Source: a virus (taxonomy: Duplodnaviria > Heunggongvirae > Uroviricota > Caudoviricetes > Demerecviridae). From it: a stretch of 64,000 nt of DNA. This document shows, piece after piece, positions 16,841 through 25,229 of this stretch (positions are counted from its first letter, which is position 1; the number at the start of each line of letters is the position of its first letter). Below the pieces are notes generated by a model. That model worked only from the letters and a program-made list of their open reading frames with translations. It was not told where the DNA came from and searched no databases. A program made the translations under genes and the position numbers. Location: the IMG/VR virus record IMGVR_UViG_2974570554_000001, one strand, 5' to 3'.

Positions 16841-16923
16841 GCCTCTTTCTTTAAAGTTTCATTTGCTAACTTCTCTTATTTCACGTATAATTATTATATA
16901 AATTGATGAGAGAGGTTATCAAA

Positions 16924-17046
16924 ATGAACTCAGTTCTTATGGGCATTGCCTGTATTACTTTGATAATGTTTTCAGTAGCAGGTCTAGGTCTACTTTTGAA
17001 AGCGTTATTCCCTATGCTTTGTAACGATTCTAAGGAGAAATTTTAA
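16924..17046 (+). CDS. small membrane peptide (40 aa)
   Basis: RBS GAGAGG; single TM helix. Confidence 0.3.
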   Translation: MNSVLMGIACITLIMFSVAGLGLLLKALFPMLCNDSKEKF

Positions 17047-17333
17047 TGGTTAAACCACGTTATGATTTACGTCTATTTGACATTACAGAGAAAGGTTACG
17101 AGCTTCTAGCTAAACTAAAGTTTACCACCTTCTTGCCAGACGGTACTCGTACTATCACCTGCAAAGGCGGTACTGATTTACATAAATCAATCTCTAGCAT
17201 GATTGAAATGGGTCACTTAAAAGTTGAAGTCCTAAGACAGTTCAACTTCCCAGGTGAGCTACAAGCTGCTAGAAATAATGAAAAACATAAGCCAGCTAAG
17301 AAATGTTGTCCACATTGCGGAGGCAAACTATGA
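17046..17333 (+). CDS. hypothetical protein with a C-terminal CCPHCGGKL zinc ribbon
   Basis: 95 aa. Confidence 0.5.
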   Translation: MVKPRYDLRLFDITEKGYELLAKLKFTTFLPDGTRTITCKGGTDLHKSISSMIEMGHLKVEVLRQFNFPGELQAARNNEKHKPAKKCCPHCGGKL

Positions 17334-17587
17334 TTGACACTTGGGAATGGGCAGAAGTTGCATCTAAAATCTTAGGACTTCCAGAAGAAACCGACGAAGA
17401 AGTTGTAGAACACCACCTACTCCAAGAGTATGGTCTAGACTTGGAAGGTTTTGGTAATATTGCTGAGAAGCTTCTAGGTATGACTGCACCTATGCGAACT
17501 GTACTTGGTAATGAGTTAGTACAAGCGTTCGTTGTAAATGACGAGCATGGTACTCGTGCAATTGTTAAACAGGAGTTTGTAAAATGA
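17330..17587 (+). CDS. hypothetical protein
   Basis: Start at ATG 17330 with RBS GGAGGCAAACT. Confidence 0.45.
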   Translation: MIDTWEWAEVASKILGLPEETDEEVVEHHLLQEYGLDLEGFGNIAEKLLGMTAPMRTVLGNELVQAFVVNDEHGTRAIVKQEFVK

Positions 17588-17745
17588 TTAAACTATCCTT
17601 ACAACAAGCAGAAGCTATGTTGGCTTTCCTTAATGACATTGAAGAAGAGAAAGGCAATCTACTTCCCCAAGAAGAAGAATTACAAGCCTATCTTGACGCA
17701 GCAATTGACGCTGAAAAAGATAAAAACTTAATTGCTAACTAGCTA
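17584..17745 (+). CDS. small acidic protein (53 aa)
   Basis: RBS ACAGGAG; its end overlaps the -35 element of the next promoter. Confidence 0.35.
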
Positions 17746-17760
17746 ATAAATCTGTATAAT
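17732..17760 (+). promoter_or_regulatory. T5-type early promoter
   Basis: -35 TTGCTA at 17732, -10 TATAAT at 17755, canonical leader. Confidence 0.65.
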
Positions 17761-17791
17761 AGTTACATAAAGTTGAGAAACGGAGATTGTT

Positions 17792-18025
17792 ATGAAAAAC
17801 GTAGTTATTAGTGAAAGCCTGTTTAAAGCAATGATGGAGCAGCTAGGTTACTGGGCTGACTACTGCGATGACTCGGAAGGTTATCTAAAAGATTTGCTGT
17901 CAGATGTAAACGAAAACGCAAAGGAAAACGCAGTAGCACTTAGTGTAGTTCATGAACTAATCTGCGAAAAAGAGGGCTACGACTGTGATGATGAACAATC
18001 AGACGCACTAGAAATCATATTTTAG
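17792..18025 (+). CDS. hypothetical acidic protein
   Basis: 77 aa after the canonical leader. Confidence 0.5.
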   Translation: MKNVVISESLFKAMMEQLGYWADYCDDSEGYLKDLLSDVNENAKENAVALSVVHELICEKEGYDCDDEQSDALEIIF

Positions 18026-18101
18026 GGTTGTATGCTGAAGTGGACGAAGCGCGGGATTGCAAACCCCGTCTTACTCGGTTCGAGTCCGAGACTTCCCTCC
18101 A
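18025..18101 (+). tRNA. tRNA-Cys (GCA)
   Basis: Anticodon region gcgggATTGCAAAccccgtc resembles E. coli tRNA-Cys; T-arm ctcgg-TTCGAGT-ccgag; discriminator U73; acceptor has two T-T mismatches. Confidence 0.5.
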
Positions 18102-18119
18102 AATTACTTAAAAATGGAA

Positions 18120-18149
18120 TTGCTAAATAACTAAAAATTCCGTATAATA
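18120..18149 (+). promoter_or_regulatory. T5-type early promoter driving a non-coding leader and tRNA-His
   Basis: -35 TTGCTA at 18120, -10 TATAAT at 18144; the downstream leader diverges (GTTGAGAGAGTCAAG) and no ORF follows. Confidence 0.55.
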
Positions 18150-18155
18150 GTTACA

Positions 18156-18414
18156 TAAAGTTGAGAGAGTCAAGTAAGCGCGGTAACTGGTGTAATGTAG
18201 TCACTACTTCGTGGATTGTAATTCTTTCTCGACTTGTCACATTAAAACATTCTTGAATTGTCTGATAGAGTAAGAGCCGTCAGAAAAAGACAGAAAGCCA
18301 TGCTACCCACACTAGACTCTTACAGTGTTGGGTACGAAAGCCTGAATAAGAACATGGTCAGGTCATGCCGTGAGGATAGCTACCTCTAGAGCTAACTGTG
18401 TAGAGTGTTTTAAT
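18156..18414 (+). ncRNA. candidate promoter-driven structured ncRNA or tRNA-His precursor leader
   Basis: About 260 nt with no ORF; the 13-nt segment gtcacattaaaac (18233) is the exact reverse complement of gttttaatgtgac (18407), which overlaps the tRNA-His 5' end. Confidence 0.35.
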
Positions 18415-18491
18415 GTGACGTTGGCTGAAGTGGGAATGGCTCTGGGTTGTGATTCCAGAATATGCGGGTTCGATCCCCGTACGTCACCCCA
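18415..18491 (+). tRNA. tRNA-His (GTG)
   Basis: Acceptor gtgacgt/acgtcac; anticodon stem ctggg/tccag with loop TTGTGAT; discriminator C73 (His identity); T-arm gcggg-TTCGATC-cccgt; CCA encoded. Confidence 0.6.
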
Positions 18492-18508
18492 AATCTAAAG
18501 AGGTAAAC

Positions 18509-18709
18509 ATGAGAAACTGGTTTACAACTAGAAAAATAGTAGTGCCTAGTAGTAAAACACAAGCTATAGGGTACACACTATATTTAACACCAATTATAGC
18601 GTGTATATGCGGACAAAATTGGGATCGTAAGATTGCTAATATGTCAGACATTAGACGCTGTGCAGATAAACAGTGGGAAGCACATGAGAAAGCTACTAAA
18701 ACGTCGTAA
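18509..18709 (+). CDS. hypothetical protein
   Basis: Strong RBS AAAGAGGTAAAC. Confidence 0.4.
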   Translation: MRNWFTTRKIVVPSSKTQAIGYTLYLTPIIACICGQNWDRKIANMSDIRRCADKQWEAHEKATKTS

Positions 18710-18887
18710 TAAACAAAAATTTACTGCAATCTTCAAAGAAGGTCGCACAATGTTCCCTAAAGGCGAGTTCAACAATGTAACTTACCTAGGGCAGTCCAAC
18801 GGTATGAATCTATTTCGTGCCGATGAAGGCTTTGCTTATAAAGGCATGACTTTCTGTAACGAAGCGACTTGGTCATAACAAAATAAT

Positions 18888-18964
18888 GCGCCCTTAGCTC
18901 AGCTGGATAGAGCACGTCCCTTCTAAGGATGTGGTCGTAGGTTCGAATCCTACAGGGCGTGCCA
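18888..18964 (+). tRNA. tRNA-Arg (TCT)
   Basis: D-arm tagctcagctggatagagca; anticodon stem cgtcc/ggatg with loop CTTCTAA; T-arm gtagg-TTCGAAT-cctac; GCCA end. Confidence 0.7.
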
Positions 18965-18980
18965 TTTTCTATTGGAGAAG

Positions 18981-19145
18981 ATAATGTTCACATTAGGCGT
19001 AATATGGCTTATTTTTCAAGGTATAACTTGTACTGCTCTAGCTGATTGTAAAAGTGAAGACATGTGTAATAAAATTATGTGGATGCCAACGATAGTACGT
19101 TGGATTATCTTTACTGTCCCGTCCTTAGTCGTATGGGCTAATAAA
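18981..19145 (+). CDS. small membrane protein (54 aa)
   Basis: RBS GGAGAAGATA; two hydrophobic segments. Confidence 0.3.
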
Positions 19146-19159
19146 TAACGGAGAAGATT

Positions 19160-19489
19160 ATGTTTACTAGAGAACAAAAATACGTTGTAATATCTCTTAG
19201 AGATATTCGTGAAGGACTAGATGAAGGTCAAAAAATGGCTTTAGCTGGTCTACTATCAAAGATGGAAAACCATCGTAAAGCTCGTGGCAGAGAGCCAATT
19301 GAAGCAGTAGTTATTGACAAAAACACTCTAGGTGAACTACCGTATGAGGACGGTTTCAAAATTGTTGAATCAGCAGTACATGCAAAACATCAACGAAACT
19401 GCGAACATACATATAAACGTGACATTGCAGTTATGGGTGGTCTAGACGTACTAACCTGTACCAAATGTGGTCACGTAGAACTTGAATAA
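19160..19489 (+). CDS. hypothetical protein with a C-terminal CxxC...CxxC zinc ribbon
   Basis: RBS ACGGAGAAGATT. Confidence 0.5.
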   Translation: MFTREQKYVVISLRDIREGLDEGQKMALAGLLSKMENHRKARGREPIEAVVIDKNTLGELPYEDGFKIVESAVHAKHQRNCEHTYKRDIAVMGGLDVLTCTKCGHVELE

Positions 19490-19494
19490 ACAAC

Positions 19495-19581
19495 GCTGGC
19501 GTGGTGGAATTGGTAATACACGTGGGGCTTAAAACCCCATGCCCTAGAGGATTGAGAGTTCGAGTCTCTCCGCCAGTACCA
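19495..19581 (+). tRNA. tRNA-Leu (TAA), type II
   Basis: Acceptor gctggcg/cgccagt; anticodon stem tgggg/cccca with loop CTTAAAA; long variable arm; T-arm gagag-TTCGAGT-ctctc; ACCA end. Confidence 0.65.
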
Positions 19582-19599
19582 AATTCCTAAAAACTTGAA

Positions 19600-19628
19600 T
19601 TGCGAAGTAGGTCAATCTCAAGTATAAT
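19600..19628 (+). promoter_or_regulatory. T5-type early promoter
   Basis: -35 TTGCGA at 19600, -10 TATAAT at 19623. Confidence 0.55.
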
Positions 19629-19658
19629 ATATACATAAATTGAAGAAGGAAACAGAAT

Positions 19659-20285
19659 ATGCAAATTACAGTAACTAAAGCACTTACTGAAATCAAAAAA
19701 CTAGACAAACAAATCGCTAAACATACCCAACGTGGTCAGTTTATCCTAACCGCAACTCGCGGTCGTGTAGCAGGTTTCGCTTCTGTTGAAGAAGCTGGCA
19801 AAACTGTTAAGAGTAACTTTGACAAAATTCAAGCTCTGATGAAGCGTCGCGCTAACATCAAGGCAAAAGTTACAGCATCTAACGCTGCGACTAAGCTAAC
19901 AATCGCTGGTAGCGAAATGACAGTAGCGGAAGCAATTGAACGCAAAGACTCAATCGAGATGGAAGAAAACCTTCTTCAAGTAATGAAGAACCAGTTCAAC
20001 CAAGCTGTTAATAAACAGGTTCGTCACGAATCTCAAGTTCAAGACGAAATCGACCGTAAGGTTGAGCAAGTCTTCGGTAATGCTAAGAAAATCGACACTA
20101 ACGATGGTACTTACAAGGCTATCCGTGAGCAAGTCGAAGCAGCTAACAAGTTTGAGCTTGTTGATACTAACAAGCTAGCGGATCAAATCGAGCAGTTGGA
20201 AGACCGCATCGACGACTTCCGTGCTAACGTTGACGTAGAGTTGTCCGTTTCTAACGCGACTACCAACATCGAAATCGACGATTAA
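19659..20285 (+). CDS. hypothetical coiled-coil, acidic protein
   Basis: 208 aa; RBS GAAGGAAAC. Confidence 0.55.
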   Translation: MQITVTKALTEIKKLDKQIAKHTQRGQFILTATRGRVAGFASVEEAGKTVKSNFDKIQALMKRRANIKAKVTASNAATKLTIAGSEMTVAEAIERKDSIEMEENLLQVMKNQFNQAVNKQVRHESQVQDEIDRKVEQVFGNAKKIDTNDGTYKAIREQVEAANKFELVDTNKLADQIEQLEDRIDDFRANVDVELSVSNATTNIEIDD

Positions 20286-20647
20286 TAAATTTTCTAGGGG
20301 TTGGTGAAAAGAAGTAACTAGCTCACTCTTCCAAAGCGGTAGGGAGTATAAACAATACCGCTTACCAAACTAACTAATCGCATAGTATGATAAATGTTTT
20401 CGGGCTTTGCCGCTCTAAATCATTTCCTTAGTAAAAGTTCAGCTTTTAGCGTTCAAGATTTAAGTGTTAGTTTTTAAGTTTTAAGTATTACGCCTTACAC
20501 GCTTATGCTTTATACGCTTATCAAATCCCTGAGTAGTTTAGTGAGTGATGAGGCTATTGACTCCATTCTTTGTACAGGGCTGCCAATTCCTAGAACCCAT
20601 TCAGCCCCTTAGCGTCCAGCGAGGGGCTTTTTCGTAGGTGTCAATTT
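20286..20647 (+). repeat. AT-rich non-coding region with short tandem repeats (TTAAGT(G/A)TTA x3, ACGCTTAT x3) ending in a terminator
   Basis: About 360 nt with no ORF. Confidence 0.35.
20603..20632 (+). terminator. rho-independent terminator
   Basis: cagcccctt...gaggggc hairpin followed by TTTTT. Confidence 0.5.
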
Positions 20648-20914
20648 ATGACAAAAATTATTAATATAAAGAATGAAGATTGTGATGTGTATATCGGTAG
20701 AGGCTCTCCATTAGGTAATCCTTTTTCTCGTGCCACATTTGGGAGATTAAAAGCAATCGAACTGTATCATGAACATTATTTACCCGCCATGAGAAAGCAA
20801 GGAAGAATTACGGACGATTACTTACGTTCTCTAAAAGGTAAAAGACTAGGATGCCATTGCAAGCCACAACCTTGTCATGGAGATAAGCTAGTAGAGATTA
20901 TAAACAATGTTTAA
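20648..20914 (+). CDS. DUF4326-like small protein
   Basis: IGRGSPLGNPF...LGCHCKPQPCHG motif pattern. Confidence 0.45.
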   Translation: MTKIINIKNEDCDVYIGRGSPLGNPFSRATFGRLKAIELYHEHYLPAMRKQGRITDDYLRSLKGKRLGCHCKPQPCHGDKLVEIINNV

Positions 20915-21278
20915 CCCATACGTAATCATTGGTGTACTTTCTGTATCGCTAGCTGGCGCAGGGTATTTTGGGTATTACCAAACCAAACAGTTAGGTGCAG
21001 CCGAGGTAAAGCTAGACGCTGCCAATCTAGAAATTAAGAATAAAGAAGCTACCATTACACAGCTTCAAATCGAAAATGGAAAAATTATCGAAAAAGCTCA
21101 ACGGTATCAGGCTGATGTTCAGCGTGTACAGCTTGAGAAAGATAAAATAAAAGAAAAAGCCATTAAAGACTTAGGTAGGGTCGAGAAGATCGCTAAAAGA
21201 AAGTCAAAATTATATGAAAAATTAATAAATAAAGATTATAAGAATACACAACGTCAATTGGAGGAGCTAACTCAATGA
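20907..21278 (+). CDS. i-spanin-like protein (N-terminal TM helix plus coiled coil)
   Basis: N-terminal TM helix, then a K/E-rich coiled coil; translationally coupled to a lipoprotein gene. Confidence 0.4.
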   Translation: MFNPYVIIGVLSVSLAGAGYFGYYQTKQLGAAEVKLDAANLEIKNKEATITQLQIENGKIIEKAQRYQADVQRVQLEKDKIKEKAIKDLGRVEKIAKRKSKLYEKLINKDYKNTQRQLEELTQ

Positions 21279-21565
21279 GATATTTAGCTACTCTTCTATT
21301 GCTAGTTGGCTGCGTATCTGTAGAACCAAAACCTGATGATGTTGCTCTACAGACATATAAACCTACCAAACCATCACCAGTACAAACCTATAATGTAGAC
21401 TGGAAGGTAGATGCTAATGGTAATGTGTATCTTTCTAGTGAAGACGGTGTTAAAGTAAATGCCGAAAGAAAAGATACTCTAAGATATATTAAAGACATGC
21501 AAAATCTTGTATGTTACTACGAAGACTCATACTCATTCTGTAAGGAGAATATTAATGAAAAATAA
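21275..21565 (+). CDS. o-spanin-like outer-membrane lipoprotein
   Basis: Lipobox LLLVGC after the signal peptide; 96 aa; ATGA coupling. Confidence 0.4.
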   Translation: MRYLATLLLLVGCVSVEPKPDDVALQTYKPTKPSPVQTYNVDWKVDANGNVYLSSEDGVKVNAERKDTLRYIKDMQNLVCYYEDSYSFCKENINEK

Positions 21566-22202
21566 ATGCACCGCTGGCTTTGCTCGTTCAGGAAAAGATA
21601 CTTTTGCAGGATTTCTAGCAGATAAGCTAAATATGGATACATATGCTCTAGCACAACCTATTAAAGACATTATGTGCGCTCTATTTGGTTGGGGTGACGA
21701 GCACCGTGACGGTTCTTATAAAGAAATAGAAATGCTGTACTCAATCTCCCCAGAAACCATTGATCAAGCGGGTATTCTATATAACCAATATGGACTAGAC
21801 AATTATGAAGCATTTCATGACTGCTGGGATAAGCTTGTAATTCTATTTGGTATAGAAATTAGAGAAGATGATCTAGGTTATTGTGTAATTAGTCCTAGAC
21901 GTGCATTCCAACTATTTGGTACAGAGTGGGGCAGAACCCTCCATGATGATATTTGGCTAGAGATTGCTCCTAAAGAAAATACTATAATTACTGATGTTCG
22001 TTTCGACAATGAAGCTAAGTATTTCAATGCGCTAGGTGCTGAAGTAATTCATATTGAACGTCCTGGCTTCAGACCAGTAACAAACGGACATGCTAGTGAA
22101 GCTGGTGTATCCTACGAGCTTGTAGACTTCTTTATTGTTAATGATAAAGGACTAAAAGAGTTACAAGAAGCTGCCAACGAAGTAGCTAAGGCAGTGAAAT
22201 AA
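21555..22202 (+). CDS. deoxynucleoside monophosphate kinase (T4 gp1 / T5 Dnk type)
   Basis: GFARSGKDT P-loop as in T4 dNMP kinase (GxxRSGKDT); RBS AGGAG. Confidence 0.65.
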   Translation: MKNKCTAGFARSGKDTFAGFLADKLNMDTYALAQPIKDIMCALFGWGDEHRDGSYKEIEMLYSISPETIDQAGILYNQYGLDNYEAFHDCWDKLVILFGIEIREDDLGYCVISPRRAFQLFGTEWGRTLHDDIWLEIAPKENTIITDVRFDNEAKYFNALGAEVIHIERPGFRPVTNGHASEAGVSYELVDFFIVNDKGLKELQEAANEVAKAVK

Positions 22203-22210
22203 ATAAGTTT

Positions 22211-22241
22211 AAGCCCTTGCAGAGATGCAGGGGCTTTTTTG
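22211..22241 (+). terminator. rho-independent terminator
   Basis: gcccttgca-gagatg-caggggc hairpin followed by TTTTTT. Confidence 0.6.
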
Positions 22242-22285
22242 TATCTGAATAAAATGATCTTCGTGTAACATCTATTAAACATTTC

Positions 22286-22314
22286 TTTACATTTTTGTAA
22301 AATTCTCCTATAAT
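22286..22314 (+). promoter_or_regulatory. sigma70-like promoter of a different class
   Basis: -35 TTTACA at 22286, -10 TATAAT at 22309; no T5 leader; precedes the fibre module. Confidence 0.4.
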
Positions 22315-22357
22315 ATTAACAAATGTTGAACAAATATTTATAAGGAGAAAGAAATAA

Positions 22358-22693
22358 ATGGCATATCAAATTTTTACAAGTGACAAGAAGGGTATTGGGG
22401 AAATCATAGAACTACCTATCTCCCCAGAGTACGCTCACTGTTTTGCAGGAGTTCGATACTTCGACTCTAGCGATAATCAAATAGTTCCTACATCTGGCTC
22501 AGTAAATATTAAGGCCAGACACCTAACTAATAATAACTATGATGACGTAGTTAATGCTGATCTAGATGCATCAGAAGCAGGAGCTGAAGCAGAATGGGGT
22601 GGTAATGTTACCTCAGTAAAAGCAACGCCTTCTAGTCTTGCCGGAACAGATCTTGCTACATATCAAGTAGTAGTTGTTCAAAACTTAAGTTAA
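22358..22693 (+). CDS. hypothetical protein (fibre-module accessory?)
   Basis: 111 aa; RBS AAGGAGAAAG. Confidence 0.45.
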   Translation: MAYQIFTSDKKGIGEIIELPISPEYAHCFAGVRYFDSSDNQIVPTSGSVNIKARHLTNNNYDDVVNADLDASEAGAEAEWGGNVTSVKATPSSLAGTDLATYQVVVVQNLS

Positions 22694-22703
22694 GGAGAAT
22701 AAT

Positions 22704-25217
22704 ATGGGATTTGGCCCAGCCTATGGTACTGGTAGGGGCGGTGGAGCAGTAGACATCTTTACTAAAAAAGATGGGAACCCTGCCATTTTCGCCAATACTG
22801 GTGCTAGAGACACATACTTTACAACAAACCCTGATGAGTTAGCTAAAGTAAAATCATCAGGTAACGCAGTAGCAATAGGTACTACTGATCAAATAACAGC
22901 TGCCTATGTATATAAAAATAATGCATGGCAAGCAATTGCAACCAACTTCAAGGGCGACAAAGGTGCTCCAGGTGCTCCTGGAGATGGGATTGATTACAGT
23001 CACCTAGAGGACAATCAATTACCTAAGTGGGATTCAAAAGCAAAAATGTTTGTTAGCTCAGGCGTACTTTCCCAAGAAGATGGTGAAATAAGAATGGCAC
23101 CTAACTCCTTGACCTTTGGGCACCACAAAATGTCCTCTGCTATAGCAGATGTTACCTTCACTAACCTAGGCACAAACGAAAACTACTCGTTTGTTTATCA
23201 GACAATGAACCCTGGCGATAAGGATGCTTACATACGTGAAATAGATAGCAATATAGAAGAGATCGTAAGGGTACCTGTGGGGACAGATGATGTTGTGAAC
23301 CCATCAAATACAGTTACAGTAGATGTTGATGAAATATTCCTAGGCGGTACTTTTATACTATCACAAGATACACAAGATGTGTTAATGGAGGTATATAATT
23401 TTGATAATCCTACTCAACTTATTTGGAGAGATAACTTAGGTGATATGCCTTCAGGAGAAAACACAGTTACCTTCGATACACCATTTAAATGTAGGGCTGG
23501 TTTTAAGTATATTATCCACCTACTAAGTAAGGCAGGTGACTTAGTAGCAAAAGGTTCCGGTAGCTCTTTCAGTTGGAAGATCAACCGTGCGAAAATGTAC
23601 ATTAAAAAAGTTGCCTCTCAAGATTGGGTAAATGAGCAGCCGTTTATTGATGACGTTACTTTAACCGGTAACATGTTTACCTTTACTATGGCGAATGGGG
23701 CAACTAAATCTGTTACTTTACCTCCAGCTACAGGTGGGGTCGCATCACCTTACGACTTTACTAGCTTTAATTCTGATAAAACTCCTGTTCTATCAGAGAT
23801 TGCGAATAGCACCCCAGTATACCACTTTAATGGTCTAGCAGATTCTACCTTTACATTACCATCTACGGACAGTTTACCACCAAATAAAAACATCGCCCTA
23901 CTAATTAGAAATGCAAGCCCCAATAACTCTTCCCTAAGTGTAGTGTCTAGTGGGACTGATTTTATAGATAGAGCAAACATTCGTACACTAAATATACCGC
24001 AAGGTATGCTGGCCATGTTTATAAGTGATTATACTAGAGACCTATGGCACATGGTACCTCTTGATTCAGCTGGTAGTGGACAGAATCTAAATACTAATCA
24101 AATAGTTAAGAGTATACAGCCAACAGCAAGTGGTACTGGTCTAGTTACCACATACTACGACGACACAAGTATAACTACCACATTCGATCCTTGGGTTTCG
24201 GATATTAATAAACTTAACGACGCTGTAGATACGCTACAAAGACAACTTAAATCTAAGACTAGATACTATGTGTATAAGGGAAGTAACACTCCACCACCAG
24301 ATATCCCAACTGGAGCTAGGGGAGGGTACTACTTTACCTTTACAGGTACTTCAGCTGATGTAGTATTACCTGCACCAAGCAGAACAGCGGCTATAGCTGA
24401 TGGGACAATACTGTTCGTTGATAACAATAGTACAAGCTATAAAGTGACTGTAACAATCACTGGATCAGATACTATTGCAGGTACTACTAAGGTAGATATA
24501 CCAGCTGAATCAGCAGCCTGGTTCGTTCGTAACGGAAATAACTGGCAAGAACTGTATTCTGGCTACCTACCAGAATCGCATAAAAAGCTAATAGACGAGA
24601 TAAAAACTCTAATCTCAGCAAGTAATACCTTTATGCGAGATGTTGGTATCCAAGGTGACGATCCTAATGCTGGCAAAGTAGAATGTACAGAATTAGAGTT
24701 TCATAAGTGTAAGGTAACTCAAGATACTACAGTACCTACTAAAGGTATTGTTAAGTTTGAAGGTACTACGTTTGTAAACCCAGACGGTTCAAAGATAACT
24801 ACAGATATTATTAAATTAGTAGGTATGGAGTTGGTGGATCCACTAGATGGAACACCGCCTAAATTACTACTTCTTGGTGGTGGTAACTTACCTACTCCGC
24901 ACCAAACAAGTGCGTATGGTTTCTTCAGCCCAGATGCCAATACACCTGATTCTATAGATCCTAATAGTCTTCCTGTGTTTAGGAACGGCAGGGTTACACT
25001 ACATAAAGATACCACCGATGCACAATATGCATATGTTATATTACCACCTGGTGAAGGTACTGATGCTGAGAGAATTGGTGAACTTGGTGGTTTACCCTCT
25101 TACTGGGCTAAGAGTGATAAAATCTATAATATTGGTGGTGTTTCTAGAACATATACTGTGTTCCGCTCTCCTTACCCATTCAGGGAACAGGACTTAACAT
25201 TAGTAATATATCATTAA
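22704..25217 (+). CDS. tail fibre / receptor-binding protein (837 aa)
   Basis: Collagen-like GDKGAPGAPGDG segment; S/T/N/G-rich beta composition typical of fibres; RBS AAGGAG. Confidence 0.5.
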   Translation: MGFGPAYGTGRGGGAVDIFTKKDGNPAIFANTGARDTYFTTNPDELAKVKSSGNAVAIGTTDQITAAYVYKNNAWQAIATNFKGDKGAPGAPGDGIDYSHLEDNQLPKWDSKAKMFVSSGVLSQEDGEIRMAPNSLTFGHHKMSSAIADVTFTNLGTNENYSFVYQTMNPGDKDAYIREIDSNIEEIVRVPVGTDDVVNPSNTVTVDVDEIFLGGTFILSQDTQDVLMEVYNFDNPTQLIWRDNLGDMPSGENTVTFDTPFKCRAGFKYIIHLLSKAGDLVAKGSGSSFSWKINRAKMYIKKVASQDWVNEQPFIDDVTLTGNMFTFTMANGATKSVTLPPATGGVASPYDFTSFNSDKTPVLSEIANSTPVYHFNGLADSTFTLPSTDSLPPNKNIALLIRNASPNNSSLSVVSSGTDFIDRANIRTLNIPQGMLAMFISDYTRDLWHMVPLDSAGSGQNLNTNQIVKSIQPTASGTGLVTTYYDDTSITTTFDPWVSDINKLNDAVDTLQRQLKSKTRYYVYKGSNTPPPDIPTGARGGYYFTFTGTSADVVLPAPSRTAAIADGTILFVDNNSTSYKVTVTITGSDTIAGTTKVDIPAESAAWFVRNGNNWQELYSGYLPESHKKLIDEIKTLISASNTFMRDVGIQGDDPNAGKVECTELEFHKCKVTQDTTVPTKGIVKFEGTTFVNPDGSKITTDIIKLVGMELVDPLDGTPPKLLLLGGGNLPTPHQTSAYGFFSPDANTPDSIDPNSLPVFRNGRVTLHKDTTDAQYAYVILPPGEGTDAERIGELGGLPSYWAKSDKIYNIGGVSRTYTVFRSPYPFREQDLTLVIYH

Positions 25218-25229
25218 GGAGTTAAAGAT

